Origin: Lama glama
Lineage: Eukaryota
Length of the DNA: 64,000 nucleotides
NCBI GenBank assembly: GCA_028534125.1
Contig: CM052816.1
Span: 68,078,001-68,142,000, forward strand
Direction: 5' to 3'
Every line of letters begins with the position of its first letter. Positions within the stretch are counted from its first letter, which is position 1. The notes under the pieces were generated by a model, which worked only from the letters and a program-made list of their open reading frames with translations, made no database searches and had not been told where the DNA came from. Both the position numbers and the translations under genes were made by a program. Below, in pieces: positions 50,302-63,440 of the stretch.

Positions 50302-50530
50302 CATGTTTTCTCAAGCTTGGTGCTATTGTCATTTAGGGATGGAGGACTCTTTGTGATGGTGGAAGGTGGGGGCATCCTGTACATTCTAGGATGTTTAGCA
50401 GCATCCCTGGCCTCTACTCACTTGACGCCAATGGCACTTTCCCTCTTATCTAAGACAACCAGTAATGTCTCCAGATATTACCAAAGGCCCCCCAGGGGTG
50501 GGGGTGAGGATACCCCCTGCTGAGAACTTA
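50302..50530 (-). mobile_element. MER20 (hAT-Charlie MITE), full length with 8-bp TSD
   Basis: ggatgtttagcagcatccctggcctctactcacttgacgcca...gacaaccagtaatgtctccagatatt. TSD gtgtagag (50294-50301) / gggtagag (50531-50538). Confidence 0.9.
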
Positions 50531-50554
50531 GGGTAGAGAGTAATGATGGTAGAG

Positions 50555-50690
50555 AGAGAAACTTGGGCAAATTAAACACACTCTGAGCCTCAGTTTCTAA
50601 ATACATCAGTTGCAAATAATTATAGCAATAGCACAGATATTGTTGTGAGGAGCATTCTGAAGAAGTCAAGTGCTGAGCAAATAGTACTTA
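50555..50690 (+). mobile_element. MIR SINE core
   Basis: acttgggcaaattaaacacactctgagcctcagtttct...tattgttgtgagga. Confidence 0.75.
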
Positions 50691-51430
50691 TCATGATTAG
50701 CCAAAGCTTAAAAATCTATACATAAAATAGGTAAAATGATGGGATTTTTGAGACCCCTTCTCATAATGGAAGTGTCTTTGGTCATTACAAAAGATATTCA
50801 TCCATCTTCACTAGTTTCAGCAGTCACTCCTCACATCACAGGCAAACACTTGATTTCACATGGCAAAGCAGAGGGCCAAAAATCTTACTCTGTTTTCACA
50901 CAAGGATCTGCCGGCTATTCAGCTGGATGAAGTATTTCAAGTCCCACTGTATTCTTAGTTTCTCTGTTTTTTTTTTTTCTGCTCCTCTTTTTTCCACCAA
51001 AAGAGAAAACTGATGCTAATGTCAAATAATGTTCATGGCTGTTCATCGGTCTTGGTTGTCACAATTGCTAAATGAGATTTGTTGGATCATATATTGTGGT
51101 GTTACTTGGAAACATTTTTAAAAAGACAAACAAAAATGATGTCCAACCCTGGGTCCTGGTTTTCAACAGTAGTAAATAATTCCCTGTATTTTCTTTTGCA
51201 CTAGGCCCTTTTACCACATATACTCAAGCTATATCTCACGGGAGATACCTTAGCACCAAATGGCATCTGTGCATTAAGGGAGCTTGCTGTAGAAAATGGT
51301 ATAAATCTCTATCCAGAAACTGTTCCCCACAGCCTTTTGCCTTGGGGAGTGATCCATTAGTGACACTGAAACATTGCTCTGCTTATTTTATGTCTGTTTC
51401 TCTTCTTGGATGTATCTGAGAGTTGTTGGA

Positions 51431-51986
51431 TTTTTTTTTTACATTTTTTTTATTGAGTTATAGTCATTTTACAATTTTGAGTCAAATTCCAGTGTAGAGC
51501 ACAATTTTTCAGTTATACATGAACATACATATATTCATTGTCACATTTTTTTCCACTGTGAGCCACCACAAGATCTTGTATGTATTTCTCTGTGCTATAC
51601 AATATAATCTTGTTTATCTATTCTGCATATGCCTGTCAGTATCTACAAATTTTGAAATCCCAGTCTGTCCCTTCCCATTCCCCCACCCACTTGACAACTA
51701 CAAGTTTGTATTCTATATCTATGAGTCTATTCCTGTTTTGTATTTATGTTCATTTTTTTTAAGAGTCCACGTATAAGTGATCTCATATGGTATTTTTCTC
51801 TCTCTTTCTGGCTTACTTCACTTAGAATGACATTCTCCAGGAATATCCAGGTTGCTGCAAATGGTGTTATGTTGCCATTTTTATGGCTGAGTAATATTCC
51901 ATTGTATAAATATACCACATCTTCTTTATCCAGTCATCTGTTGATGGACATTTAGGCTGTTTCCATGTCTTGGCTATTATAAATAG
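51431..51986 (-). mobile_element. Young L1 3' segment (ORF2 end, 3' UTR, poly-A)
   Basis: Poly-T at 51431. The minus strand encodes PFAATWIFLENVILSEVSQKEREKYHMRSLIRG followed by 3' UTR. Confidence 0.97.
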
Positions 51987-52756
51987 ACTTAAACATAAGA
52001 CAAGATGCAATAAACCTCCTACAAGAAAATATAGGCAAAACATTATCTGACATACATCTCAAAACTGTTCTCCTAGGGCAATCTACCCAAGCAATAGAAA
52101 TAAAAGCAAAAATAAATAAATGGGACCTAATTAAATTTATAAGCTTCTGCACAGCAAAGGAAACCGTAAGTAAAACAAAACAACAACCTATGGAATGGGA
52201 GAAAATTTTTGCAAACAATGAAACTGACAAAGGCTTGATCTCCAGAATATATAAGCAGCTCATACGACTTAATAAGAAAAAAACAAACAACCCAATCCAA
52301 AAATGGGCAGAAGACCTAAACAAGCAATTCCCCAAGGAAGAAATGCAAATGATCAATAGGCACATGAAAAAATGCTCAATATCACTAATTATCAGAGAAA
52401 TGCAAATCAAAACTACGATGAGGTATCACCTCACACCAGCCAGAGTGGCCATCATTCAAAAGTCCACAAATGACAAATGCTGGAGAGGTTGTGGAGAAAA
52501 GGGAACCCTCCTATACTGCTGGTGGGAATGCAGTTTGGTGCAGACACTGTGGAAAACAGTATGGAGATTCCTCAAAAGATTAGGAATAGTCTTACCATAT
52601 GACCCAGTAATCCCACTCCTGGGCATATATCCAGAAGGAACCCTACTTCAAAAAGACACCTGCACCCCAATGTTCATAGCAGCACTATTTACAATAGCCA
52701 AGACATGGAAACAGTGTAAATGTCCATCAACAGATGACTGGGTAAAGAAGATGTGG
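51985..52756 (+). mobile_element. Inverted 5' segment of the same young L1 (ORF2 C-terminal region)
   Basis: ORF 52190-52822 [24 protein letters not shown]...[32 protein letters not shown], uninterrupted. Confidence 0.97.
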
Positions 52757-54580
52757 ATATTTTTTGTTTTGTTTTGTTGTTTCTTCTTTTTCTCTCCCCT
52801 CTCCCCGACCAAACAATCTTGAGAAGCAAAGATTTACTGCCTGGAACCAGGAGTCACTGCTCACTCAGCCAACAAATCTTGTCTCCAGCTAAGGTTGAAG
52901 GCAGCTGACTGTAAGTGTCTCAACCTGCTGAGCCTGCAAAGGCCCCCACGTCTCACACCACCAGCCTTCCAATGGAAAATTCCTGGGCACAGAAGGGTCA
53001 GCCTACGGACAAGGAATCGGCCTGCCATACTCTCCTGGGCACAAGGACCTTGGCGTCTGGCCAACCACTGTCGTTAAAAATGGGAGCTTTTATGTTAGTT
53101 TTTCTTAAGTTCACAATTCGGGCAGCTCTTTATTATGATGTGATTATTTTTTTTTTCCAAGGCCAAGCCTCCACCCTCACATCTTTGGTGGAATGTGTTA
53201 ATAATTTGCTCTAGGGAGATGAAAGCCTCTTTGATACAAGTAGAATAAACACATGGAACACTGCTCAAAGGTCTACTTTCCACAATAGGATCCCAGTTTA
53301 GGGGCTGACAGTTGAATAAAGAGAACAGACTCATTTCTGAGTCACTTGTCTCCTGCAGTGTCCCTCCTTTACCTCTGCAGCTCTTCCCTGACTCGTCCAG
53401 CTGAGGAAAATGCCAGCATCCACTCTAAGACTCTCCAGACTGTTGGCAACCAACAAAGGCCATCACTAACTGTTGTGGTAAATCCCTAAACAAGTTCTGA
53501 AACCGACCATGAAGGCAATTTCCTTCTGGAGGGAGTTACTTTGTGTGAGCTAAGGATCCTTCCTGGTGCTAAATTAAGACTTGCTTCATGAAACAGTATA
53601 TTAGAGTACAAAGAACATTATTGAGTCTAACCTCTGCATTTTGTAGAAGAGGATATTGGATGTTCAGGGAGGTTATATGACTTGTCTGAATTCACACAGG
53701 TCTTCCAGACTCCAGCATAGCTTGTCCTTAAAGTCTGTGCTATTACAGTCTCATGAGAACGAACAAACAAACAAACAAACAAACAAAACTACTTTTCAGA
53801 GTTTCTCTAATCCCCTTTTCCTGACCTATGGCTTTTTTGGGTGCCCCTCCCCGCCAAACTGAACACCACCACAGCAGCCCTTGGGCTGTCTAGAATCCAC
53901 TCAGTGGCTTGGTCTCAGTGGTCTGGTATGCTGGGGGTGTCTCACCCACAGTTCTCCAAAGCCTCCATCCCACACCCTCAAGATTCTGCTTTCTGCAGCC
54001 AAATGGATGCAGCAAAAGGTGTCCCAGTGGATGGTGAATTAATGTGCTAGCCTCTCAGGCTCCGTGCAATTCATAGGAATTCCTCTCCATTCATAGCAGT
54101 TCATTTGAACATCCTGCAGCCAGCCTGGAGAAGACTTGAAAAGGGCTGTAGATTGCAATTTTTAGTTCCCTTTGCACTTCAGGCTCTTTCAAGTTTCATT
54201 TTGATACTCATTCATTGGTGGGTTTGGGTACTTCAGAAGAGGTGGTTTGGGAGCAACTGCGGGTCTGGTGGAGAGTCCCAGTTTGGATGTCTACCGGCCA
54301 AGTTCTGGGAAATGCTACCAACTAAGCCTGACCTTGTGGAGCAAATTAACCTCCCTGTGCTCCGCCGTCACAAACTGTAAGGTGGACATAAAACCTCCTC
54401 TAACCAATTTCACAGGAGTGATATGAACGTAATTAAACGAAGATATTGAAGTAATTCTTTAAATGGATGGGAAAGTGTCCAGTATATTTATGGTGACATA
54501 TTTTTCATCTGATAATTTTATGGATTTATAAACAATGGATAAATAATCCTACTTACAGTGGCTATTTCATGAATGATAGA

Positions 54581-54582
54581 CT

Positions 54583-54629
<47 letters not shown>

Positions 54630-54650
54630 CTTTCTTTCTTTCTTTCTTTC

Positions 54651-54705
<55 letters not shown>
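54581..54705. repeat. (TTTC)n microsatellite, about 125 bp
   Basis: Directly visible, nearly pure. Confidence 0.98.
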
Positions 54706-54800
54706 AGTCTGTTACAATGTGTCAGTTTCTGGTGTATAGCATAATGTCCCTGTCATGCATATATATACATATATTCATTTTCATATTCTCTTTCATTTAG
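54704..54800 (-). mobile_element. Very short L1 3' UTR tip
   Basis: ttacaatgtgtcagtttctggtgtatagcataatg...catatatatacatatattcat parallels the L1 3' end at 51455-51545. Confidence 0.75.
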
Positions 54801-56627
54801 ACTCATACTTTAAACTTCCTTTCATGCAACATGAATTCATGTGCTTTTTCTACATTATTATGATGAATTTTCTATGTAAAGGTTGGTAAGATTTTTTTTT
54901 TTGAGGCACCCAAATATCCACTTTGAGCCATGTAATCCAAAGGTCATGCCATCGTTTCTTTTCCAAAACTTGAAACATGACAGTAATCTTCTTTTCATCC
55001 AAATTTTGTAGCTTTGATCTTCATTATCTTAACATTTAAAATATATAGGTTTTTTTTATCATCAAAGTCATGAAACGTTCTTTGGCTCAGACACCTCAGG
55101 AGACTGAGTTCATTTCTTCAATTCCTCTGTCAGATTCCTCCTTTGTAGCAATTTGTCTGAGTATCCTGAGGCCACATTCCTCAGAGACACATCCTCCTCC
55201 TCAACTCCTTTCCTCCTTATTCCTCGCCCTCCCCTCTGCACATACAGCCCCTTCTAGAACACACAGTTCAAGGATTATTCAAGAAAAATCCCACTTAATG
55301 GCTAATAGTTTAATTCCTTGAGGCTTCATTTCCTCTTAAAGACAGCATTTAATCTGTGTTTCTAAACTGACACTCTTTCCGAAGTTGAAATGTCCTCTGA
55401 GAAAAATTAGCAGTGCTTTTAATCCACCAGGAATTAGTGGCATCTTGCCCCTTAATACTTGGCAGTCATGACAGTTTGAAACTTCTCTCTGAAACTCCTT
55501 TCCAAAATCAGCTCCTTGGTCCTTTATGTTCAATAAAATTTTAATATTCTTGGATTCACCCCCGTCCAAGTCATATCCTTGCTGCATGTCCTTTGAGAGT
55601 AAGCTTCCTTCCTCAATGACCCATCATGTGCTTCTCTTCTGGGATGACACCATGAGAACCTTGGAAATGTAGGGTGTTGGGGTGCCAAGTGGGGCAGGAA
55701 GAACAAAAATAAATCACCAACAGGACACCAAAAAGAGAGATGTGTAGCTTTCCTTTGGCCAACTGCAGAGTTTCCTTTCAAGCACTGGGTAAAACAGGCA
55801 TCATTTTTGTGTGTGTGCCACCTTTACCAAAAGCTGTCTCCCCCAAGCTGCTAAGCAAAGTGGTGCCTAGTTTCTAAGTCCAGCTTGGTGAACATCAAGC
55901 TACATATTAGCTTGTGATTAATTAGTGATCTTCCACATAAACTGAGCAATCACCCTGACCTCCAAGAAGGCTGTGTGAATTCATTCTTGCTTTGCAGCTT
56001 ACTTAAAAGGGACAAAGCATTCTGTAAAATGTTAACAAGGTTCAGTGCTGGGGATTTACAACTGTTTGCCCAGCACTGTTGCTCCCACTTGCTAATACGT
56101 CTTGTCTCTTGCCCAAGTCATGCCCTTGTCTCATCCTCCCTTGACCTGATACAATATGGGAATGTCAATATGATGGCCATAATGATGGTTCTTTTGTGTT
56201 TATATCATTGCTTGTCACCCAAAGATTCTTAAATGCATAAACTCACAAAGCCAGGAGCCCAGTGACATCCATATCAGCCCTCTGTGCCTCAGGAATGTGG
56301 AACACAGGCTTATTAACTCGTACAAGATGATAAGGGATGTTTTCGACATGTGGCATTGCAGGAGTTAAGTGATTAGTCTGAGACCAAGGAGAGTAAATTG
56401 TGCCAGAATTCAACCTGTTTCACAATAGTCTCTGTCTGTGGAGTTATCTCCAGAAGTCACCCCGTAAAGCACTAGATAAATCATTGTTGATACTCACTAT
56501 CAACTGATAACTGACAGGGACTTTCCACTATGAGGAAATGGCAAAACAGTAAGCATTCCTGTGAGCCGTACTTTCTTCTGAATCAAATCTACTCTAGGGT
56601 TATCCTTTTGAATAGGATCAAGTGTCT

Positions 56628-56950
56628 TCATCCATTCAATATACACTTATTAAATGTCTGCTTTGTATAGGAACTTACATGTGGGAAAACAAAAGTACCT
56701 TCATGGAAGAAACTGCCTGTGTCACTGAAAAGAGAAGAGATTCATACGTGGAGTAATAGATCCAGGCGGTACATGATTTAATGCCAAAACAAGTTGCTCA
56801 CTTCGTGGGTGTTACGGAGTTCCCAAGAAAGGAGAATGAATGGGAGCCAAAGAGATCTGGGAAGATTCACAGAAGAGTGGACTGAGAGCTGAGATTTAGA
56901 GAATGATTAAAACTTGCATAGTGAGCTGGAGAGCAGATAGGTGTTTGGCC
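56628..56950 (-). mobile_element. L2 fragment
   Basis: tcatccattcaatatacacttattaaatgtctgct...gagagctgagatttagagaatga. Confidence 0.55.
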
Positions 56951-59900
56951 ACGAAGCGCTACTGAATGTGCCATGTCTTTCAACAGGCTAACAAAATTTA
57001 CATAGCTTAGGTGGAGAAAGAAAAAAGAAACATGTACAGCTGATATCAAAAACAAATTCCTTTGCCTTGGTAAGTGGAAAAGTTCAAAGCTGTTGGTATT
57101 TGGCTGGAGGGACTTGGGTTCACAGAAGTCAGCAGGCATTTTTCTGAATGTATTTTGGCATCTTCCTCCTCTATTTCATGTGAGAGATTTGGCCAGACCA
57201 GGTGAAGAGAGTTGGTGACATTTGCTGTTTCTTTGCTGGCTCAAATATATTTGGAATTGAATATCAAATTTGAAATGTGTCAAATATTCCCAGAGAGAAA
57301 CTTTATTAAAGTACTGAAAACATTTGCTAATAAGGAGGTAGTACCTAATGGCCCTTTTGTTTATCAGAAACTTTATACCTTGAAATGGATAAAAATAAGA
57401 TAGAGGTATAGAAAAAAAAGATAGCAGTATAGAGATATGTTTCAGGATATTAGATAAAATTAATTCAATACTTTACCAACTGAAATATGGGTCAAATGCC
57501 AGAAAATACTAAAATATGTTTCCTTGAATCTTGAAGCCGAGGGAAGAGAAGAGAAATGCTGAATTGTGATAGGACCACCAGGAGAGAGAACCAGACCTCT
57601 GCTTAGTAGAAGCAAGAGGCCAGAGAGGAGCCTCCAGCCAATGTCCTGGGCAAGAGGAGACATGTGTTCCCTGGAACAAAGGCTCCACAGCCCTACTCAC
57701 TGTGCTTAAAGTGTCAGAGGCTATGACGGGAACCCTGACTTCCCCAGGAACAGGCTAAATCATGGACTCTCGAGCACGACTATAGAGTTCCCTCTTAGGG
57801 TCTCCTCTCCCCAGGATCTCCCAGGTACTCATGGATGCCAAAAATCCTTTTTACATTATAATTATGGTTTTTTTAAAGCACAAAATATGAGTATATAAGT
57901 GTGTGGTCATTCAGTGTGAATATATTCCAGGCAAAGTATAAGCAATCCTCACGCAGTGTCTGGTGTCAGAACCTATCCTATGAAGGAGGAGGGGGTTGAG
58001 GAGGACAAGAGGATACCTGAGTATCTGAGGTGGATGAAGGAAGCCCCGAGAGAAAAGAGGAAAGCTGAGGAAGGAAAGTCCTTGTCAGAACTTCACAACT
58101 CGTCCTGGGGCAAGCAGGGGTCATGTTTGCCCTCAAACCCAGGCAGGGACAAAAGTGTACCATCACACCAGGCAAAGGCAAGCAGCTCTGGCCCTTGGTG
58201 GGTAAGATCTGGCTTTGCTCTTGAGTAGAGCTAACTTTTTTAAAGGAACTTCTGCTGTGAGGGACTTGCTCATCTAGGCATTACCATGAGTGACCAGACA
58301 TGATTCTGCTGTATAAATGGTGTCTAAGTGTGGCATTGGTGACTAATACAATCATTTAAAGCATTTAGCAGAGGATAGTGAGTACTTCGTACAGAGTGAG
58401 AGCTCAGCAGGTGCTGGCTGGGCGTCGTGGTAGTGGCGGTGACAGTGGTGGACAGGTTTGCCTTACAGTACATTTACAAATCGCACTTTGGGAGGTGGGC
58501 TGCTATATTCAGAAGAGCACAATCAGGGAGCGCTAGTCTGACTCTTCCACTAGGATCCAGAGAGAAGTAAGATACTCAGTGCTGAAATGTTTGACATAAT
58601 TACATACATATACACCAATTTGTTTTGGACCTTCTGCAGCATTTGGGGTTTGGATGTTACCTGAAATTCTATTTTAATGGGACCAATATATCACCTAGCA
58701 TGTTCCCAATGAAACTATACTTCATTTCATTCCTTTCTGTTATACCCAAGACACACACACACAGCTATCCATGATACAAGGAGCAAATGAAGCAAACGCC
58801 TCTCAGTGGTAGTCCAGAAGTAGAGAATGAGTGTAGGCTGTCAATCCTTTACTTTGTCTACAGCTAACCTGACCTGATCTCCTTCCTATTGCATAGTTAA
58901 GACAATTTTAACATTTCGCCCTATCTGATTTAAGGCTTCTTAGCATGTCATTGAAACAGTGCCTTGAGTGACACTTGGCTATTCTTAGACACAAATGCTC
59001 AGTCTTTCTGGCTTCCTCCTTTCCTTGCTGTTCTCATTCTTCCTCATCCTCACCTGTCTTTCCTCCCTAAGGTGGCAAATTGGAAGTAAGAGCCAGATAA
59101 GTAAGATGAGTAAGAGCTTATCTGACCTTGACATAGAAGAGAAGAGGCAGAACCTGGTGATGGGGGTCCCCTGCTGCCCTGCTCCCTGGCACAGGCCCCT
59201 TGTCCACCTGGAGGCCTGTGGCCAGTGAACTCTCAGGATGCTCAGGACCTGGTGCTCTCTGAGGCTGGCCCAGACCCCCCTCAGTGAGCACTGCCTACTG
59301 ACCCAGGGCCCCCTGAGTGTCCATTACATCCTCCATCCAGGCCTGGCCTCTGCTGCTAGGGCCCCTCATTCCTCTACAAAGAGCTCCAGGAAACTCACAG
59401 GCTTTTCCTCACCACACAGAAACTGAGGCATAAAACCTCAGAGACTCCCCTGCTTGAACACTCTATCCTGCAGACTGTTTTAGGGGGCGCCAGAAAGTTA
59501 GTTTCCTTCTGGAGTCCTAACATAGGAAAAAGAGCCTTCTCCATCCTCAGTGTTCCCTCCACCTATTCAAGTACCTCCTAGGCCATAAAGTTCCTTTTAT
59601 TTGATTCTTCTCTACTGTCTGCAAATCCCATCAGCAAGATTCTCGTGCCCACCCCCTACATCCTACCACCCCTCCAGTAAAGCAGCAAATCCATGGCCTT
59701 CCTGTCCTGAAAGAGTGAATCCTTTCTCTACCCTGTGGGAAGAACCATTAGGGTTCCTAGTCTTGATTTCTTAAAGGAGAGATTTTTTTTTTCTTAAAAA
59801 TTTTCTCTCAAGACAATAGTGTTATAAATAGGTCCTGTTTTGAATACCAGAAGTTGAATATTATGTAGATATTTTATAATTGGAAAACTTGAATTTTTTA

Positions 59901-60567
59901 CCCAACCCCTCCCATTTCCCCACTCCCCCATCACCACCCACATACAAAGATACCACCATTATTTGAGCATGCCTGTGGCCAAAGGGAGTAAGTAATGATG
60001 TCCAAAAGCAAGAAAATTGTATGTTCATATTTTCCAACATTTTAAATGCCACATGGAAGGAAGTTAACAAGCCTTCTTAAATTAACTAATCCAGCCCCAG
60101 TGAGATTTCAGAGATTATGTGGAAACTCAGTCTACATAGTCACCAAAACAAACACCCAAGTGTTTGTTTTCTGTAACATGAAAGCCACATAGGAAATTAT
60201 GCAAACCATTTGAAAAGAACATGTTCCTTCTGCAGAATGGGCCTTTTCCTTTCCAGATCTAACTTTTACTTTTAGACCCTTATTTGTGTTCCAAAATGCC
60301 TTCAGTATTAGGAGCACAATAGCCACCAAGACTTATTTTTAGAGAGAATGCCACCACCCTATATTCCAAGGCTTTTCACTCTGCTTTACCAAGAGATCTT
60401 ATCTTATTACATTTAATCCATTCATGGGCTACACAAACACCTGATTCACAGCCCTTTGGCAGTTACTGATCTAGAAATAACCACAGTCCACAGACAGAAT
60501 TGAATGAATCATGAATGAATCTGAGATACTTGACCCCCAGGGTAAAATTCAGTCCAGACTAGCCAAC

Positions 60568-60962
60568 TGCTATGGACTGAATTGTGTCCCTTGCAAAATT
60601 TCGTATGTTGAAGCCCTAACTCCCAGTGTAATTGTAATTGGAGATAGGGCTTTTAGGAGGTGATTAAGGTTAAGTGAGGTCATAAGTGCAGGGTCCTAAT
60701 ACAATAGGATTGGAAGCCTTATAAGAAGATGAACAGGTAGCTATTTCTCTTTCTCTCCTTCACAAGCACCAAGGAGAGGCCACATGAGGACATAGAGAGA
60801 AGGCAGCCATCGGCAAGCTAGGCAGAGAGTTCTCACAAGAAACCAAACCCTGCCAGAACTTTGATCTTGGACTTTTCAGCCTTCAGAACTGTGAGAAAAT
60901 AAATTTCTGTTGTGAAGCCATCCAGTCTATGGTATTTTATGGCAGCTAAACAGACTAATACA
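60568..60962 (+). mobile_element. MaLR solo LTR (MLT1A-like), full length
   Basis: TG...CA ends (tgctatggactgaattgtgtccc...cagactaataca) and internal cagaactgtgagaaaataaatttctgttg. TSD ccaac (60563-67) / ctaac (60963-67). Confidence 0.93.
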
Positions 60963-61454
60963 CTAACCAAGATGCTGAGTAAGAAAACTTTGCTCAGCAT
61001 CATCTTCAAAGATGATCCTGAACATCAAATTAGAGTTGTGTGTGTGTGTAGAGAAGACATTTTATTTTGCTCTGAAGTATGCTCCTGGATTTGTAAACAT
61101 GCTTACTGGAAGTAAAGTTTCAGTGGTTTCTGCATGTTTATTTTGGGTGATTGGCAGAACCGAGCACTTTCTTGAATAGAGGTGGGGAATGTGCTCTAGC
61201 TAATACCAAGTGTTGCTCACAGTTCTTTTGCTAACAATCTCTGTGAACTTTAGATAATTTGGCTTAAAAGTAAAGAATACCGTGGATTAGTCTTACAAAG
61301 GGTATTGACAGTAGAGAGATTCATTCATTTATTTACAAAAGAAAGAACAATTGAAAGGGAATTCTCTCTTCCTTGCCTCTAGTTTTAAAAAATAGATGTG
61401 TATATTGTTGTACATTTAATGGAAACAAATACTTTCAGGTGCTCTACCTCTAGT

Positions 61455-61825
61455 AAGCCTCACAACAATCTAGAGAGATACATATTATGCTGCCTCTGCC
61501 ACTTGCTAATCATGTGACCTTGGGCAAGTTTCTCAAACTCCGTGATTCAAGTTCCACCTGTAAAATGGAGACAATATTAGTACCTACATCATACATGAGA
61601 TAATATACGTCAGTCCATAGAACAGTATCTGGTACAGTGTAGAAGCTCAACCAATGCTAGACATGTTAGCATTATCATTACCATTATTTTTATTATAATT
61701 TTATATTATAGATCTGACAGCTAAAACTCAGAGCAGTCAAGGATCCTGCCTACGATCACAGAACTAATAAGTGATAGATACAGAATTCAAATCTGATGTC
61801 AAAGTCCATGTTCTTAAATCATTCA
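61455..61825. mobile_element. Two MIRs: a + copy (about 61490-61690) nested within a - copy
   Basis: + copy: tgtgaccttgggcaagtttctcaaactc...ctgtaaaatggagacaatattagtaccta. - copy: cctcacaacaatc (left part) and aaaactcagagcagtcaaggatcctgcctacgatcacagaactaataagtg (right part). Confidence 0.75.
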
Positions 61826-62989
61826 CCTTATCCTGTCTCTAGCCATCTAGGCTCAGGCAACATGCTCTTACGAACACAGAGCTGAAAAATACTCAGTTGA
61901 CCAGAATGCTCAACTTATTCAAGGGGTGAGTCCCTGCTTATTGGAAAAGAGTTGGACCATCTACCTTTTCTTTTCAAGGGTGAGCAACTTGGATCACTGC
62001 CTCAGAGCAGGAGTGCTGAGCCACGTTAATCTTTCTCTGTCTTGCTTACAGCCTCCCTTCTCCTCATCCCACCTCCTGGATGTTGATACATCAAAGAAAC
62101 AGCAACAAAATGAAAAGACTAAATAAACATTTTTTGTTAAGTACATATAAGAGGGGATTTTTCTTTTTCATTAAATTTCTGATAACAATATCTTAGGCTT
62201 TTTGATGTTACTTTTCATATTTTGGACTAGATGAAAGTGTATGACTCATAGAAATAACCAAGGGAGGAAAAGCAAATGAGTCACCTTGTCCAGCCCATTT
62301 GGATCTTCTGGCTGCTATGCTCCTGGGAGCAGCATCTCTTAGGGCCAGCCCAGCCAGTCCTACCTGCTGCCCCTGGAGATGCCTACGAAAGGGGTTTCCT
62401 CCCAAGACAGTGAGACTCTTGGAATAGGAGTGAATCAGGAAAAGTGAGAAACATCAGGACCTCAAAGAGTTACCCTGCAACTTTTCCAAAAAAGCATTTT
62501 CTGCTATTAACTTAGAGATTTCTTGTCCACATTTCATCACTTTTGACTCCCAAGTATATTCACTGCAGGCTAATAACTCCTTAAGTGCTATGCACACTTC
62601 AAAGAGTTGCCATCCATGTACTCTCCTCCCCATTCAAGCAAACTAGAGGTAGAGTCCTGTGTCTTTCCAACACATAAATCTCTGTTCCCTTGATTGCTTT
62701 TATTGCTCTATTGGAACCTGTCCAGCATGTATCCTTCTGGTACCAAAGTGTCCTGGTTAAACCCACACTTCTGGATTCAGTCTCCCGGAGCTGGAGGGAG
62801 AATTGCTCCATTTCTCAGCCCACTTTGCCTCAGGTCTTTTGAAACTTCCTCCTTTGAGTCATCTAGTGAGTGAATCACATTTAACACTTAAGCTCATTGT
62901 CTGTTGCCTTTCAACCTGAGTCTCTCTCAGTGAGCTATTTCTCTGCATTCACTCCTTAGTTTTCTCAGCTCAGACTTTTGTACCTGGGG

Positions 62990-63130
62990 GGTTTGAACTT
63001 GAATTCCTGCAGCCCCAATTATGTAGCTTATGGACTTTTGGCCAAGCTGATCATCCATCTGAGCCACAGTTTCCTCATCCGGGACAAGGGGATAATAATT
63101 CCCATGTCCCAGTGTTGGGCAAAGATTTAG
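62990..63130 (+). mobile_element. MIR SINE fragment
   Basis: tctgagccacagtttcctcatccgggacaaggggataataat. Confidence 0.7.
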
Positions 63131-63440
63131 AGCCAGGTAAGTAGATCCAGAGTTTGCTGGTCCTCTTCAGTGGGCCTCTCTCACCCCACATCATCCAATA
63201 AACTCTTTTTCTCCAGGGACATTCCCCCTGCCCCACCCTACCCCCACTCAAGGTGAATTTTTTTTAAATTTTACATTCATATTTTTTCTCACCAGAGATC
63301 TTTTTTTTCCCTGTTTTCATCAGGGTTGGTGATTCTGCTGTGTCTTTATTCCCTGATACCCAGGGCTGATTCATCTGCAGAATTGCACTGGCCGTTTATT
63401 CCCCTCATCCAAATTAATAATAAAAATTAAAACAAAGTCA

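Noticed and set aside
52190..52822. 210-aa ORF as a host gene
   Set aside because: It is the L1 ORF2p C-terminus in a truncated, inverted insertion, with no endonuclease or RT domain.
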